Source of the DNA: an uncultured Thermoleophilia bacterium
GTDB lineage: Bacteria; Actinomycetota; Thermoleophilia; UBA2241
Length of the DNA: 64,000 nucleotides
NCBI GenBank assembly: GCA_963735345.1
Contig: CAVTKL010000008.1
Coordinates: forward strand, 3,283 to 67,282
Reading direction: 5' to 3'
Shown piece by piece: positions 18,566-26,631 of the stretch. How positions within the stretch are numbered: position 1 is the first letter of the stretch; each line of letters begins with the position of its first letter. The position numbers were made by a program, and so were the translations under genes. The notes beneath the pieces were generated by a model. The model ran no database searches. It saw nothing but the letters and a program-made list of their open reading frames with translations, and had not been told where the DNA came from.

Positions 18566-20737
18566 ATGGCACGACGCAAGCATAGGGAAGGCGAGGAGCT
18601 TCAACGAGTCCTCGGAGTCCCTGCGCTGTTCAGCACCGCGTACGGCAACGTCGGCTCGTCCATCTACTATGCCCTCGGCGTGGTGGCGGCCTCCGCCATG
18701 GGCGCCACCCCCATCGTGTTCGTCCTCACCGGTATGCTCTTCGTGACCATCGCCTGGAGCTACGCCGAGGCGACGGCGGCGTTGCCCGAGGCGGGCGGTT
18801 CCGCGAGTTTTGCGCGGCGCGCCTTCAACGAGTTCGTCAGCTTCGGCATCGGCTGGGGCCAGATGCTCGTCTACACGGCCACGATCGCCATCTCCGCCCT
18901 GTTCGTCCCTCAGTACCTGTCTGTCTTCTGGCCGATCCTCAACCATTGGCCCTACAACGCCATCGGCGGCATCGTCACGGCGGTCGCGTTGGTCGCCATC
19001 AACGTCTTCGGCATCAAGGAGGCGGCGCGCATCAACATCCTGTTGGCGCTGCTGGACCTGGCGACCCAGATCATCATCATGGCGATCGCCCTGGTCCTGC
19101 TGCTCGAGCCGACGATCCTTCTCGAACAGATCAAGTGGGGTGTCGCGCCTACCTGGACGCAGTTCCTCTACGGCCTCGCCATCGGCACCGTGGCCTACAC
19201 GGGCATCGAGACGGTGTCCAATATGGCCGAGGAAGCCACGAATCCGGGGCGGGACGTGCCGCGGGCCATCAACATGGTCATCGTCGCGGTCATCATCGTC
19301 TACATCGGCATGCCCCTCGCAGGCCTGTCGGCCATGCCGGTGCGCTCGAACACCGTGGCGATGGACCCCGCCCGGCCAGGCTTCACCGTCCCGGTGAAGG
19401 TCGCGCCGGGCGAGCCGGAAGGCACGTACGTGCTCGCCGACGACGAAGAGACCGTCGTCTACGTGCCGGTCGAGGCGATCGGCGACGAGATGTTCATCCC
19501 GGCGCAGCAGCCTCCGGAGAACGCATTGGAGGTCGTGGATGGCACCCCCGTCGCCAATCTGTACGGCACGCAGCTAGGCAGCAACTACAGCGGCGACCCT
19601 GTGCTTGGGCTGGTCCGATTCCTGCCTGAGAGCCTTGGCTGGGTCAAGGACGTGCTGGCGATCTGGGTCGGTATCCTCGCCGCCACCATCCTCGTGATCG
19701 CCACCAACGCCGGCCTCATCGGTGTCTCGCGGCTCACCTACTCATTTGGCCAGCACAACCAGTTGCCGCCTGTGCTGGGCCGCATGCACGCCCGCCGCAT
19801 GACGCCCTACGTCTCCATCATCCTGTTCGGCGCCATCGCCTGCGTGCTCATCATCCCCGGCCGGGTGACGCTCCTTGTGGACTTGTACGTCTTCGGCTCG
19901 ATGATCTCGTTCACGGCGGCCCACATCTCGGTGATCGTGCTGCGCATCAAGGAGCCGGACCTGGAGCGTCCGTGGCGCATCCCGTTCAACATCCGCGTAC
20001 GCGGCCGTCTTCTGCCCGTCACGTCGCTGATCGGCGCCGTGGGGACGTTCTGCGTCTGGATCGTGATCGTCTGGTTCCAGAGCTACAGCCGGATCATCGG
20101 CTTCTCCTGGATCATTGTCGGGCTCATCGCCTACGTCGTGTACCGCAGATCCAAGGGCTACTCCCTTACTCAGCCGGTCGACCGCCTGTACATGCCCGAG
20201 TCGATGCAGTCGGACGTCGACTACCACGAGATCCTGGTGCCGATCGTCGGCACCCGGGTCAGCGATCACATGATGGTCCTCGCCTGCCAGCTGGCGACCG
20301 AGAAGAAGTCCTCGATCGCCGGCCTCTATGTGATCGAGGTCCCTCTCAACCTGCCACTCGATGCCAGACTGACGCGCGAACGCGCCAAGGCCGACCAGGT
20401 GCTCAAGGCGGCGGCGCTCATCGCCTCGCAGTTCAAGGTCCCGTTCACGCCGCATGTTGTGGCGGCGCGCCATGCGGGCCGGGCCATCGTGGACGAAGCC
20501 GGCGTCCTGCGTTCCGAGGTCATCGTCCTCGGGACCATGCGCAAACGGCGCATCGCCGACAGGGTCTTCGGGAGGACGAGCGACTACGTGATCGACCATG
20601 CACCGTGCGAGGTTCTGCTCAACCTCGTCCCCAGTTCCTATGCCTTGGAGGGCTCCGGGCTTCCCAGTGGAGAGGGCAGCGGTTCCGCCGGCCATCCGTC
20701 CACAGGGGGTCACGCCGGCCCCTCGACGACCAAGTGA
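18566..20737 (+). CDS. APC-superfamily permease fused to a C-terminal universal stress protein (Usp) domain
   Basis: FSTAYGNVGSSIYYALG, 12+ TM segments, an ~100-aa extracytoplasmic loop, and Usp-like C-terminus ILVPIVGT...VIVLGT...VIDHAPCEVLL. Confidence 0.88.
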   Translation: MARRKHREGEELQRVLGVPALFSTAYGNVGSSIYYALGVVAASAMGATPIVFVLTGMLFVTIAWSYAEATAALPEAGGSASFARRAFNEFVSFGIGWGQMLVYTATIAISALFVPQYLSVFWPILNHWPYNAIGGIVTAVALVAINVFGIKEAARINILLALLDLATQIIIMAIALVLLLEPTILLEQIKWGVAPTWTQFLYGLAIGTVAYTGIETVSNMAEEATNPGRDVPRAINMVIVAVIIVYIGMPLAGLSAMPVRSNTVAMDPARPGFTVPVKVAPGEPEGTYVLADDEETVVYVPVEAIGDEMFIPAQQPPENALEVVDGTPVANLYGTQLGSNYSGDPVLGLVRFLPESLGWVKDVLAIWVGILAATILVIATNAGLIGVSRLTYSFGQHNQLPPVLGRMHARRMTPYVSIILFGAIACVLIIPGRVTLLVDLYVFGSMISFTAAHISVIVLRIKEPDLERPWRIPFNIRVRGRLLPVTSLIGAVGTFCVWIVIVWFQSYSRIIGFSWIIVGLIAYVVYRRSKGYSLTQPVDRLYMPESMQSDVDYHEILVPIVGTRVSDHMMVLACQLATEKKSSIAGLYVIEVPLNLPLDARLTRERAKADQVLKAAALIASQFKVPFTPHVVAARHAGRAIVDEAGVLRSEVIVLGTMRKRRIADRVFGRTSDYVIDHAPCEVLLNLVPSSYALEGSGLPSGEGSGSAGHPSTGGHAGPSTTK

Positions 20738-20747
20738 GAGGTGACCT

Positions 20748-21167
20748 ATGCATGTTGTGATCGCCGGCTGCGGCCGGGTGGGTTCAGGCCTTGCTCGTGA
20801 CATCGCGCACGAGGGCTTCGAGGTGGCCGTCATCGACGAGAACCCCGACGCCTTCTATCTCCTGGGCGAGAACTTCCCCGGTGAACTCGTCGTCGGGCCG
20901 GCCCTCGACTGGAGCGTCTTGCGCAAGGCGCGCTTGAAGGATGCGGCCGCCTTCGTGGCCTGTACCGACGGCGACAACACCAACCTCGTGATCGCCCAGA
21001 TCGCGCAGAAGAAGTACAACATCGGCTGCGTGGTCTGCAGGGTGTTCGATCCTCTGCGCGCCGAGCTCTTCAGCCAGGCGGGGATCCGCACGGTGTGCCC
21101 GACTCGCGAACTGCGGGCTACGCTGTTCGACGCGGTGCGGGCCTGTCGTGTCCCGAAGGCGGGCTGA
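20748..21167 (+). CDS. TrkA-N (RCK N-terminal, NAD-binding) domain protein
   Basis: MHVVIAGCGRVGSGLARDI Rossmann motif. 139 aa with no RCK-C domain. Confidence 0.85.
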   Translation: MHVVIAGCGRVGSGLARDIAHEGFEVAVIDENPDAFYLLGENFPGELVVGPALDWSVLRKARLKDAAAFVACTDGDNTNLVIAQIAQKKYNIGCVVCRVFDPLRAELFSQAGIRTVCPTRELRATLFDAVRACRVPKAG

Positions 21168-21170
21168 GCG

Positions 21171-21884
21171 ATGTTCGTACTCATCGTCGGCGGCGGCAAG
21201 GTGGGGCTCAACACCGCGCGCCAACTCATTCAGCTCGGGCATGAGATCGTCGTTGTCGAGCAGCGCTCCATCCGCTACGACGCGGTCGCCAAGGTGATCG
21301 GAGACGAGTACGTGGTCTTCGGCGACGGCACCGAGATCTGGGTCCTCGAGAAGGCCGGCATCGGACGGGCCGACATGGTGGTCGCGGTCACCGGTGACGA
21401 CGAAGACAACATCATCATCGCCCAGATCGCCGAGCTGAAGTTCGGGGTGCCCAAGGTCGTCGCCCGGGTGAACAATCCCTTCAACCAGGCCACCTTCGAT
21501 CTCCTCGGCATCGAAAACACCGTGAGCGCCACCACGGGCATGCTCAATCTCATCATGCACGAACTTCCGACCCATAAGTTCGTGCACCTTCTGTCGCTGC
21601 GCCGCGAGAAGCTCGAACTCGTGGAACTCGAAGTCGGGGACAACTCGCCGTTCGCCAACACGCTCGTGCAGGACATCGATCTCCCCGAGGGCGTGCTGTT
21701 GGTGGCCATCCTGCGTGCCGGCGGCGCCCTGGTGGCGCGGGGACACTCGGAGATCCTCCCGGGCGACTACGTGATCTGCCTCCTGCCTCGTGGCCAGGAG
21801 GAAGAGCTCATCAAGGTGTTCCTCCCCGGGGAAGAGGCCGGGAGGGTGCAGGACGACTCGGAGCTCGAGACGTCTGACGGCTGA
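21171..21884 (+). CDS. trkA: TrkA/RCK protein (TrkA-N plus TrkA-C)
   Basis: MFVLIVGGGKVGLNTARQL Rossmann motif. C-terminal RCK-C segment LVELEVGDNSPFANTLVQDIDLPEGVLLVAILR. Confidence 0.85.
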   Translation: MFVLIVGGGKVGLNTARQLIQLGHEIVVVEQRSIRYDAVAKVIGDEYVVFGDGTEIWVLEKAGIGRADMVVAVTGDDEDNIIIAQIAELKFGVPKVVARVNNPFNQATFDLLGIENTVSATTGMLNLIMHELPTHKFVHLLSLRREKLELVELEVGDNSPFANTLVQDIDLPEGVLLVAILRAGGALVARGHSEILPGDYVICLLPRGQEEELIKVFLPGEEAGRVQDDSELETSDG

Positions 21885-21897
21885 CGGCTGACGTTGG

Positions 21898-21926
21898 TTG
21901 ACCCGAGTCGGCCCGGCGGATAGCAT
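21898..21926 (+). promoter_or_regulatory. Sigma-70/SigA-type promoter for tRNA-Phe (TTGACC-17 nt-TAGCAT)
   Basis: -35 at 21898..21903 and -10 at 21921..21926 with an exact 17-nt spacer, about 35 nt upstream of the tRNA 5' end. Confidence 0.5.
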
Positions 21927-21960
21927 GGGCCGCGCTCTTCGGACCCCCAGGGTCTTCTGC

Positions 21961-22036
21961 GGCGAGGTAGCTCAGCTGGTAGAGCACGCGACTGAAAATC
22001 GCGGTGTCGACAGTTCAACTCTGTCCCTCGCCACCA
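21961..22036 (+). tRNA. tRNA-Phe (anticodon GAA), CCA encoded
   Basis: Cloverleaf folded by hand. Acceptor GGCGAGG/CCTCGCC, D-arm GCTC-AGCTGGTA-GAGC, anticodon arm CGCGA-CTGAAAA-TCGCG, T-arm GACAG-TTCAACT-CTGTC, discriminator A, then CCA. Confidence 0.92.
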
Positions 22037-22109
22037 CAAACCCCCAGCAAAACGGCATCATCGCCGCTTCGCTGTGGGTCCTGAGTCCTGCGTCGGCCGG
22101 CCCGTCGCG

Positions 22110-22421
22110 TCAGTCGCAGAAGACCTCTTCGCCGACGAGGTCGCGCACGCGTAGCATGTCGAAGATGCCGCGCACGACGGGGGAGAGCCGGCGGGCCAAG
22201 AGGGGCGTGCCTTGGCTCTTCATGTCGAGGCAGATCCGCACGAAGATGCCCGTGCCGGACGAGTCGATGAATCCCACGCGGTCGAAGTCGAGGACGACCA
22301 TCTCGGCCCCGCGCGCGGCATCGGCGACAGCTTCACGCAGGAGGTCGGCGCAGTCGAGGTCCATCTCGCCGACGAGATAGATCGTGGGCGCGGGGCCCGG
22401 GGCTGTTGTCGTCTGCAGCAT
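22110..22421 (-). CDS. STAS-domain anti-sigma-factor antagonist (RsbV/SpoIIAA-like)
   Basis: 103 aa. VVLDFDRVGFIDSSGTGIFV carries the phosphorylatable Ser context DSSG. Confidence 0.88.
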   Translation of the reverse strand: MLQTTTAPGPAPTIYLVGEMDLDCADLLREAVADAARGAEMVVLDFDRVGFIDSSGTGIFVRICLDMKSQGTPLLARRLSPVVRGIFDMLRVRDLVGEEVFCD

Positions 22422-22429
22422 GCCGCCCC

Positions 22430-23269
22430 TCAGTCTGTCTTGCGATCCAGGATGAGCGTGGTGCCGGATGGACCGCTGTGCAATTCTACGGCATCGAGGT
22501 AGTCAAGGATGATCTTGAAGCCGTAGCCCATCGAGTTGGCGCTGGCGGCGGCCGGCACGCTGCTCCAGTTGAGGAAGTCGAGACCGGCGCCCTGGTCGGC
22601 GACGACGAAGCGCAGACGATCGTCGAGGCGGCGCAGGGTGATGTGCCCGCGTCCTCCGCCATGCAGCAGGATGTTGGTCGCTGCCTCAGAGACGGCCAGC
22701 ACGGTGCGCTGTCGTAGGAGACCGTGGACGCCACAGTCCGTCAGGGCGGCTCCGGCGGTTTCCCGTGCCTGCGCCAGGGACGCAGTGTCCTCGATGCCGA
22801 GACCGAGGAGCCGAGTGCCGGCGCGGCGCTCTGTCGCGAGCTCCGCGTCATCGAGCACGATCAGGCTGCCGCAGGCAACGGCGCCGGCCAGATTGCCCAG
22901 GATGTCGACGAGACTGCGCCGCTGGTCGCTTTGGCGCGGCCTTCGGCCGTTCGTGTGGATGCTGAGGATGTCGCAGGAGTTCCCCTTGGGCACGAAGCAG
23001 AGGTCGTCCGCGGACGCATCGTCGCACTGGACGACCGTGTGGAACATGAAGGCACTGCCTGCCAAGGCCTCGGCGGCGTAGACCGCCAGGTCCGCCTCGG
23101 GCAAGCAGGATTCATCAGGGCCGATGATCGTGCGGATCTGATCGTCACCGGCCCGGTAGCGGAAGACGCGCAGTGTCGCCGGGGCCTCGCGGACTCGTTC
23201 ACCCCTGGTCGTCCTCTCTTGGCCGGGCGCCGGCGGGTGGATCGCCGCGCAGTGCGAGAGCGGACTCAT
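22430..23269 (-). CDS. Anti-sigma-type Ser/Thr kinase (HATPase_c, RsbW/SpoIIAB-like) with ~150-aa unassigned N-terminal domain
   Basis: C-terminal N-box SEAATNILLHG and G1 box VVADQGAGL. The N-terminal half has no motif I recognise. ATG overlaps the PP2C stop (ATGA). Confidence 0.8.
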   Translation of the reverse strand: MSPLSHCAAIHPPAPGQERTTRGERVREAPATLRVFRYRAGDDQIRTIIGPDESCLPEADLAVYAAEALAGSAFMFHTVVQCDDASADDLCFVPKGNSCDILSIHTNGRRPRQSDQRRSLVDILGNLAGAVACGSLIVLDDAELATERRAGTRLLGLGIEDTASLAQARETAGAALTDCGVHGLLRQRTVLAVSEAATNILLHGGGRGHITLRRLDDRLRFVVADQGAGLDFLNWSSVPAAASANSMGYGFKIILDYLDAVELHSGPSGTTLILDRKTD

Positions 23270-24795
23270 CGGAACCGCACCAGCAGGAGCGTCGCATCGT
23301 CGCCGGGCGGCGTTCCGGATCTGAAGGCGGCCACGTCATCCCAGACAGCTCCCAGCGTCTGAGGCGTCGCGAGGTCTTGATACCCGACCAGCGCCGTCTT
23401 GAGACGCTCGAGCCCGTACAATCGCCCGTGCGGGTCGCGCGCTTCCGTGAGGCCATCCGTGTAGAGAGCCACGAGGTCGCCGGGCAGGACGGCGATGCTG
23501 TCCTCGGCGAACTCCAGACGGGAGCGGACGCCGAGGGCCGCGCCGCGTGAGGGAATTTCGCGCAGGCCCTCGCGGCCGACGATCAGAGCGGGGTTGTGTC
23601 CCCCACCGGCGATCGTGATCGTGCGCTCGCGAGGGTCGTAGACGGCCATCGCCAGAGTGAGGAAGTACGGCAGGCGCTGGCCCTCAAGATCGCGGGTCAG
23701 GGCGTCATTCACCTCCGCGAGGATCTCCCCGGCGCCCTTGCCTCTGCCGGCGGCGTTGTGGAGGAGGGATCGCGCCATGGCCATGATGAGCGCGGCGGCC
23801 AGGCCCTTGCCCATGACGTCGCCGCAGATGATGCCCAGGCGACCATCGCCGAAGGGCACGTAGTCATAGTAGTCGCCGCCCATCTCGCCCAGGAACTCGA
23901 TGCGCTGAACCAGCTCCAGGCCGTCGCAGTCGGGGGTCGCCCCGGGGAGGAGGTCCATCTGGATGCGACGAGCTCGCTCGATCTCGGCCGCGACTTTGAG
24001 TTGAGCGCTGCGCAGCTGGTCGTGCAGCTTCACGGATGTCGCCAGTTCGGACTGGAAACCCTCTCGCTCGGCGTCGAAGGTGACACGCTCACGCGCCCTG
24101 CCTACATAGATGTCGTAGGAGTAGTAGATGAGGACGACGGGGGGGATGGCCAGGACGAGTCCGGCCACACCGAGCAGTCCGAACAGCCAGGCCGCGATGA
24201 GGGCGAAGGTGGCCCCGGCCAGGTATCCGGGCAGCGCCCATTCGTAGTTCTGGCGCCACACTGCGAGAGGCGTGGCGGCCGTGCTCATCGCGACCACTAT
24301 CGCCAGGGCGGCGGTGTTGGCCAGGAAGTCGACGGCGGTGGCCGCGAAAGCGGGCACGATCTGCGCCGCGAGGCCGCCGCCCTCGGGAACAAGGGCGAGG
24401 AAGACGATCCCGGCCACGAACGTCGAGACCACGTAGTTGCTCACATTGAAGGCGATCTTCTGCGGGTCTCGAGTGAAGCCGGCAGAGGTGGCGCCGGAGA
24501 CGATCGCGACCACCATCGCCGGCCAGAGCCCGAGGACGATCAAGGCAGCCATGGCCGGCACGAACGACATGCCGACGACACCGACTCCCGGGAGGCGCAC
24601 CTCGCGCAGATCGGCCAGTGTCGCGAGGAGGATGAAGGCGAGCAGCGCCCACGACAGCGAGACGCCGTCGTGGTACGTCACCCACGAGAAGGAGACCGCT
24701 GCCACAAGTGCGAAAGCCGAGACGTACAGCGAGACGGCCGAGCGTTGCCGCTCGGCCGTCTCGTACTTGACCTGTGTGGTGTCCGCCGCGATCAC
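23266..24795 (-). CDS. Membrane-anchored PP2C/SpoIIE-family phosphatase (RsbU-like) with multi-TM N-terminal sensor domain
   Basis: About 7 TM segments, then ARRIQMDLLP, GGDYYDY, GDVMGKGLAAAL, LYTDGLTEA. I prefer GTG 24795 (GTGA overlap with the protease stop) over the ATG at 24864, which lies inside the protease repeat. Confidence 0.85.
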   Translation of the reverse strand: MIAADTTQVKYETAERQRSAVSLYVSAFALVAAVSFSWVTYHDGVSLSWALLAFILLATLADLREVRLPGVGVVGMSFVPAMAALIVLGLWPAMVVAIVSGATSAGFTRDPQKIAFNVSNYVVSTFVAGIVFLALVPEGGGLAAQIVPAFAATAVDFLANTAALAIVVAMSTAATPLAVWRQNYEWALPGYLAGATFALIAAWLFGLLGVAGLVLAIPPVVLIYYSYDIYVGRARERVTFDAEREGFQSELATSVKLHDQLRSAQLKVAAEIERARRIQMDLLPGATPDCDGLELVQRIEFLGEMGGDYYDYVPFGDGRLGIICGDVMGKGLAAALIMAMARSLLHNAAGRGKGAGEILAEVNDALTRDLEGQRLPYFLTLAMAVYDPRERTITIAGGGHNPALIVGREGLREIPSRGAALGVRSRLEFAEDSIAVLPGDLVALYTDGLTEARDPHGRLYGLERLKTALVGYQDLATPQTLGAVWDDVAAFRSGTPPGDDATLLLVRFR

Positions 24796-26471
24796 TGTCC
24801 TTGGAGCAAGACTGTCCACTTGAACTTCGTCCATTCGTACTCGGTCCACTTGAACTTGGTCCACTCAGTTTGAGTCCACTTGAACTTCGTCCACTTGAAC
24901 TTCGTCCAAGCCACGTCTGTCCACTCGGACTTCGTCCACTTGAACTTGGTCCACTTGAACTTCGTCCACTTGAACTTCGTCCAGCCGTACTTGGACCAGG
25001 CTCTCTTCTCCCACTTCTGGTAGTCGCCGTTCTTGAAAACATCCTTGCCGTCGCCGACGTAGGCCGAAAGGGCGAAGCCGTCGGCGCGTATCGTGCTGGA
25101 CAGGGCTTCGTCGACGTCGAGCGTGCCCGCGCCCTGCTGGTAGGGGGCGGCTCCGGCGACCGCGTCTGCCGTCGCCATAAGGCGGCGCTTCACATCACCT
25201 GGAGTGAGCGTGGGATCCTCGGCGACCATGAGCGCAGCAGCTCCGGCCACGAGCGGGGCAGACGTGCTGGAGCCCGAGAGCATGAGGTAGTTCGATGGCG
25301 TGCCGGGCGGCGCCGTGGGGGCGTAGTCCGCTACCGGGATGACGTTCTCGGGGAAGTTCGTATCGATGAACGAGGCCGGCGTGCGCAAGGAGATCAGACG
25401 GTTGCCCGGCGCGACGAGATCGGGCTTCGCGAACTCGTCGAACAGGGTAGGGCCGATGGAACTGTACGCGGCCACGGCGTCGTCGGTCACGGCGGCCGTC
25501 TGCCGTGTGTCGGTGGCGCCGACCGTCATCACGAAGGGGCTGTTGCCCGGCGAGAGGATGCCGCCGGGGCCGAACTCACCCTCGTTGCCGGCGGCGCAGA
25601 CCACGAAGAGGCCCTGACGCCAGGCGCTTTCGACCGCCCTGGCCACTGGGTCGCGCCTGATGGAACCCACGGGATTGCCGCCGATCGAGATGTTCAGCAC
25701 TCGGATGCCGTAGTCGGCCTTGTGTTCGATGGCCCAAGCGATGCCGGCGATCAGCGACGAGGTGCGCCCTTGGCCTGTCTCGTCCAGCACCTTGATGCCG
25801 ACGATGTCGGCGGCCGGGGCGACCCCCCGGAATTGGACGGTCGCGCGTCCGCCGTCATCCAGGGGAAGAGAACCGGTGCCGTCGCCGGCGATCAGCCCTG
25901 CGACGAAGGTGCCGTGACCCGCGTCGTCGTACGGCATGGACTTCCCGTTGACGAAGTCCTTCCACCCGACGATGCGACTGCCTGCGAGGTCGGAGTTCGT
26001 GGCGACGCCGCTGTCGAGGACCGCGACGGCGACTCCGGCGCCGTCGGGGCCGCCCTCGTCGCCCGGGACGACATTACCGAGCCCGATCGTCAGGTTCGTG
26101 ATATCCATCGAGCTCGCCACGCCAAAACCGAAGACGGGGTTATCGGCAGTGATCTCCACGACCGAATCGACCGTGGCGAGCGCGTTGATCTCTTCCGGGG
26201 TGAGGAAGGCGGCGACGCCGCTGACGATCGGCAGGCGCGTGATGCGGACGCCCACAGGGAGCATCGCGGCCACATCTGCCGCGGCGCCGGGCGCCGAGAC
26301 GATGACCGGCACGGCCTGGGTGCCGCCGGTTGCCTCAAGAATGGTCCGGACGCTCGGGTCGATCTTGCCCGGAGGCTCCTCACTTGCCTGGGCGAGGGTC
26401 GGGAACAAGAGCAGGCAGAAGAACATGACGACCGTCGGAAGAGATCTCGCTCTTGTTCGGCTGGCGCTCAT
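24792..26471 (-). CDS. Secreted subtilisin-family (S8) serine protease with C-terminal xxxWT pentad-repeat tail
   Basis: Signal peptide MSASRTRARSLPTVVMFFCLLLFPTLAQA. Catalytic triad contexts AVLDSGV, DDAGHGTFVAG, LSGSSTSAP. The tail is KYGWTKFKWTKFKWTKFKWT... Confidence 0.9.
   Translation of the reverse strand: MSASRTRARSLPTVVMFFCLLLFPTLAQASEEPPGKIDPSVRTILEATGGTQAVPVIVSAPGAAADVAAMLPVGVRITRLPIVSGVAAFLTPEEINALATVDSVVEITADNPVFGFGVASSMDITNLTIGLGNVVPGDEGGPDGAGVAVAVLDSGVATNSDLAGSRIVGWKDFVNGKSMPYDDAGHGTFVAGLIAGDGTGSLPLDDGGRATVQFRGVAPAADIVGIKVLDETGQGRTSSLIAGIAWAIEHKADYGIRVLNISIGGNPVGSIRRDPVARAVESAWRQGLFVVCAAGNEGEFGPGGILSPGNSPFVMTVGATDTRQTAAVTDDAVAAYSSIGPTLFDEFAKPDLVAPGNRLISLRTPASFIDTNFPENVIPVADYAPTAPPGTPSNYLMLSGSSTSAPLVAGAAALMVAEDPTLTPGDVKRRLMATADAVAGAAPYQQGAGTLDVDEALSSTIRADGFALSAYVGDGKDVFKNGDYQKWEKRAWSKYGWTKFKWTKFKWTKFKWTKSEWTDVAWTKFKWTKFKWTQTEWTKFKWTEYEWTKFKWTVLLQGQ
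24813..25022 (-). repeat. In-frame 15-bp tandem repeat (about 14 units; consensus CCACTTGAACTTCGT on the + strand) encoding x-x-x-W-T pentads
   Basis: Direct reading shows units differing by 0-6 nt. Translation: YQKWE KRAWS KYGWT KFKWT KFKWT KFKWT KSEWT DVAWT KFKWT KFKWT QTEWT KFKWT EYEWT KFKWT. Confidence 0.9.
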
Positions 26472-26631
26472 GATGGCCTCCAGTAAGGCAGGGCGCAACG
26501 CCTCGGGCATAGGCAGTCTCCATCCCTATCGGCGTGTAGCGGGGAATGGAAGAGCGTGGCGGCGACGAAGTGTAGCCCGGGAGGAGACATCTCCCTGCGC
26601 GTCGAAACCACGCCGAGAGTAGACTCTCCAG

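Noticed and set aside
16017-18572. 851-aa minus-strand ORF
   Set aside because: Antisense to hppA, whose translation carries textbook H+-PPase motifs. The composition is junk-like (Asp/Arg/His/Gly runs).
24796-24864. N-terminal extension MDQVQVDRVRMDEVQVDS… of the PP2C ORF
   Set aside because: It lies entirely within the protease repeat in another frame, and its own periodicity is inherited from that repeat. GTG 24795, with a GTGA stop/start overlap, is the more plausible start.
24813-25022. Possible CRISPR or other non-coding array, because of regular short repeats
   Set aside because: The period is only 15 bp with no unique spacers. The array is in frame with the protease, and no cas genes are present.
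24089-26486. Periodic Ser/Gly-rich (…SSSGRSSSGPSSSG…) and Leu/Pro-rich (…LELRPLELGPLELRP…) ORFs
   Set aside because: They are alternative-frame and antisense read-outs of the 15-bp repeat in the protease tail. The KFKWT frame is contiguous with a bona fide S8 catalytic domain.
21961-26600. tRNA-Phe-adjacent region as an integrated mobile island
   Set aside because: I found no integrase, recombinase or transposase gene and did not see a direct repeat of the tRNA 3' end. GC content and codon style look like the rest of the window.
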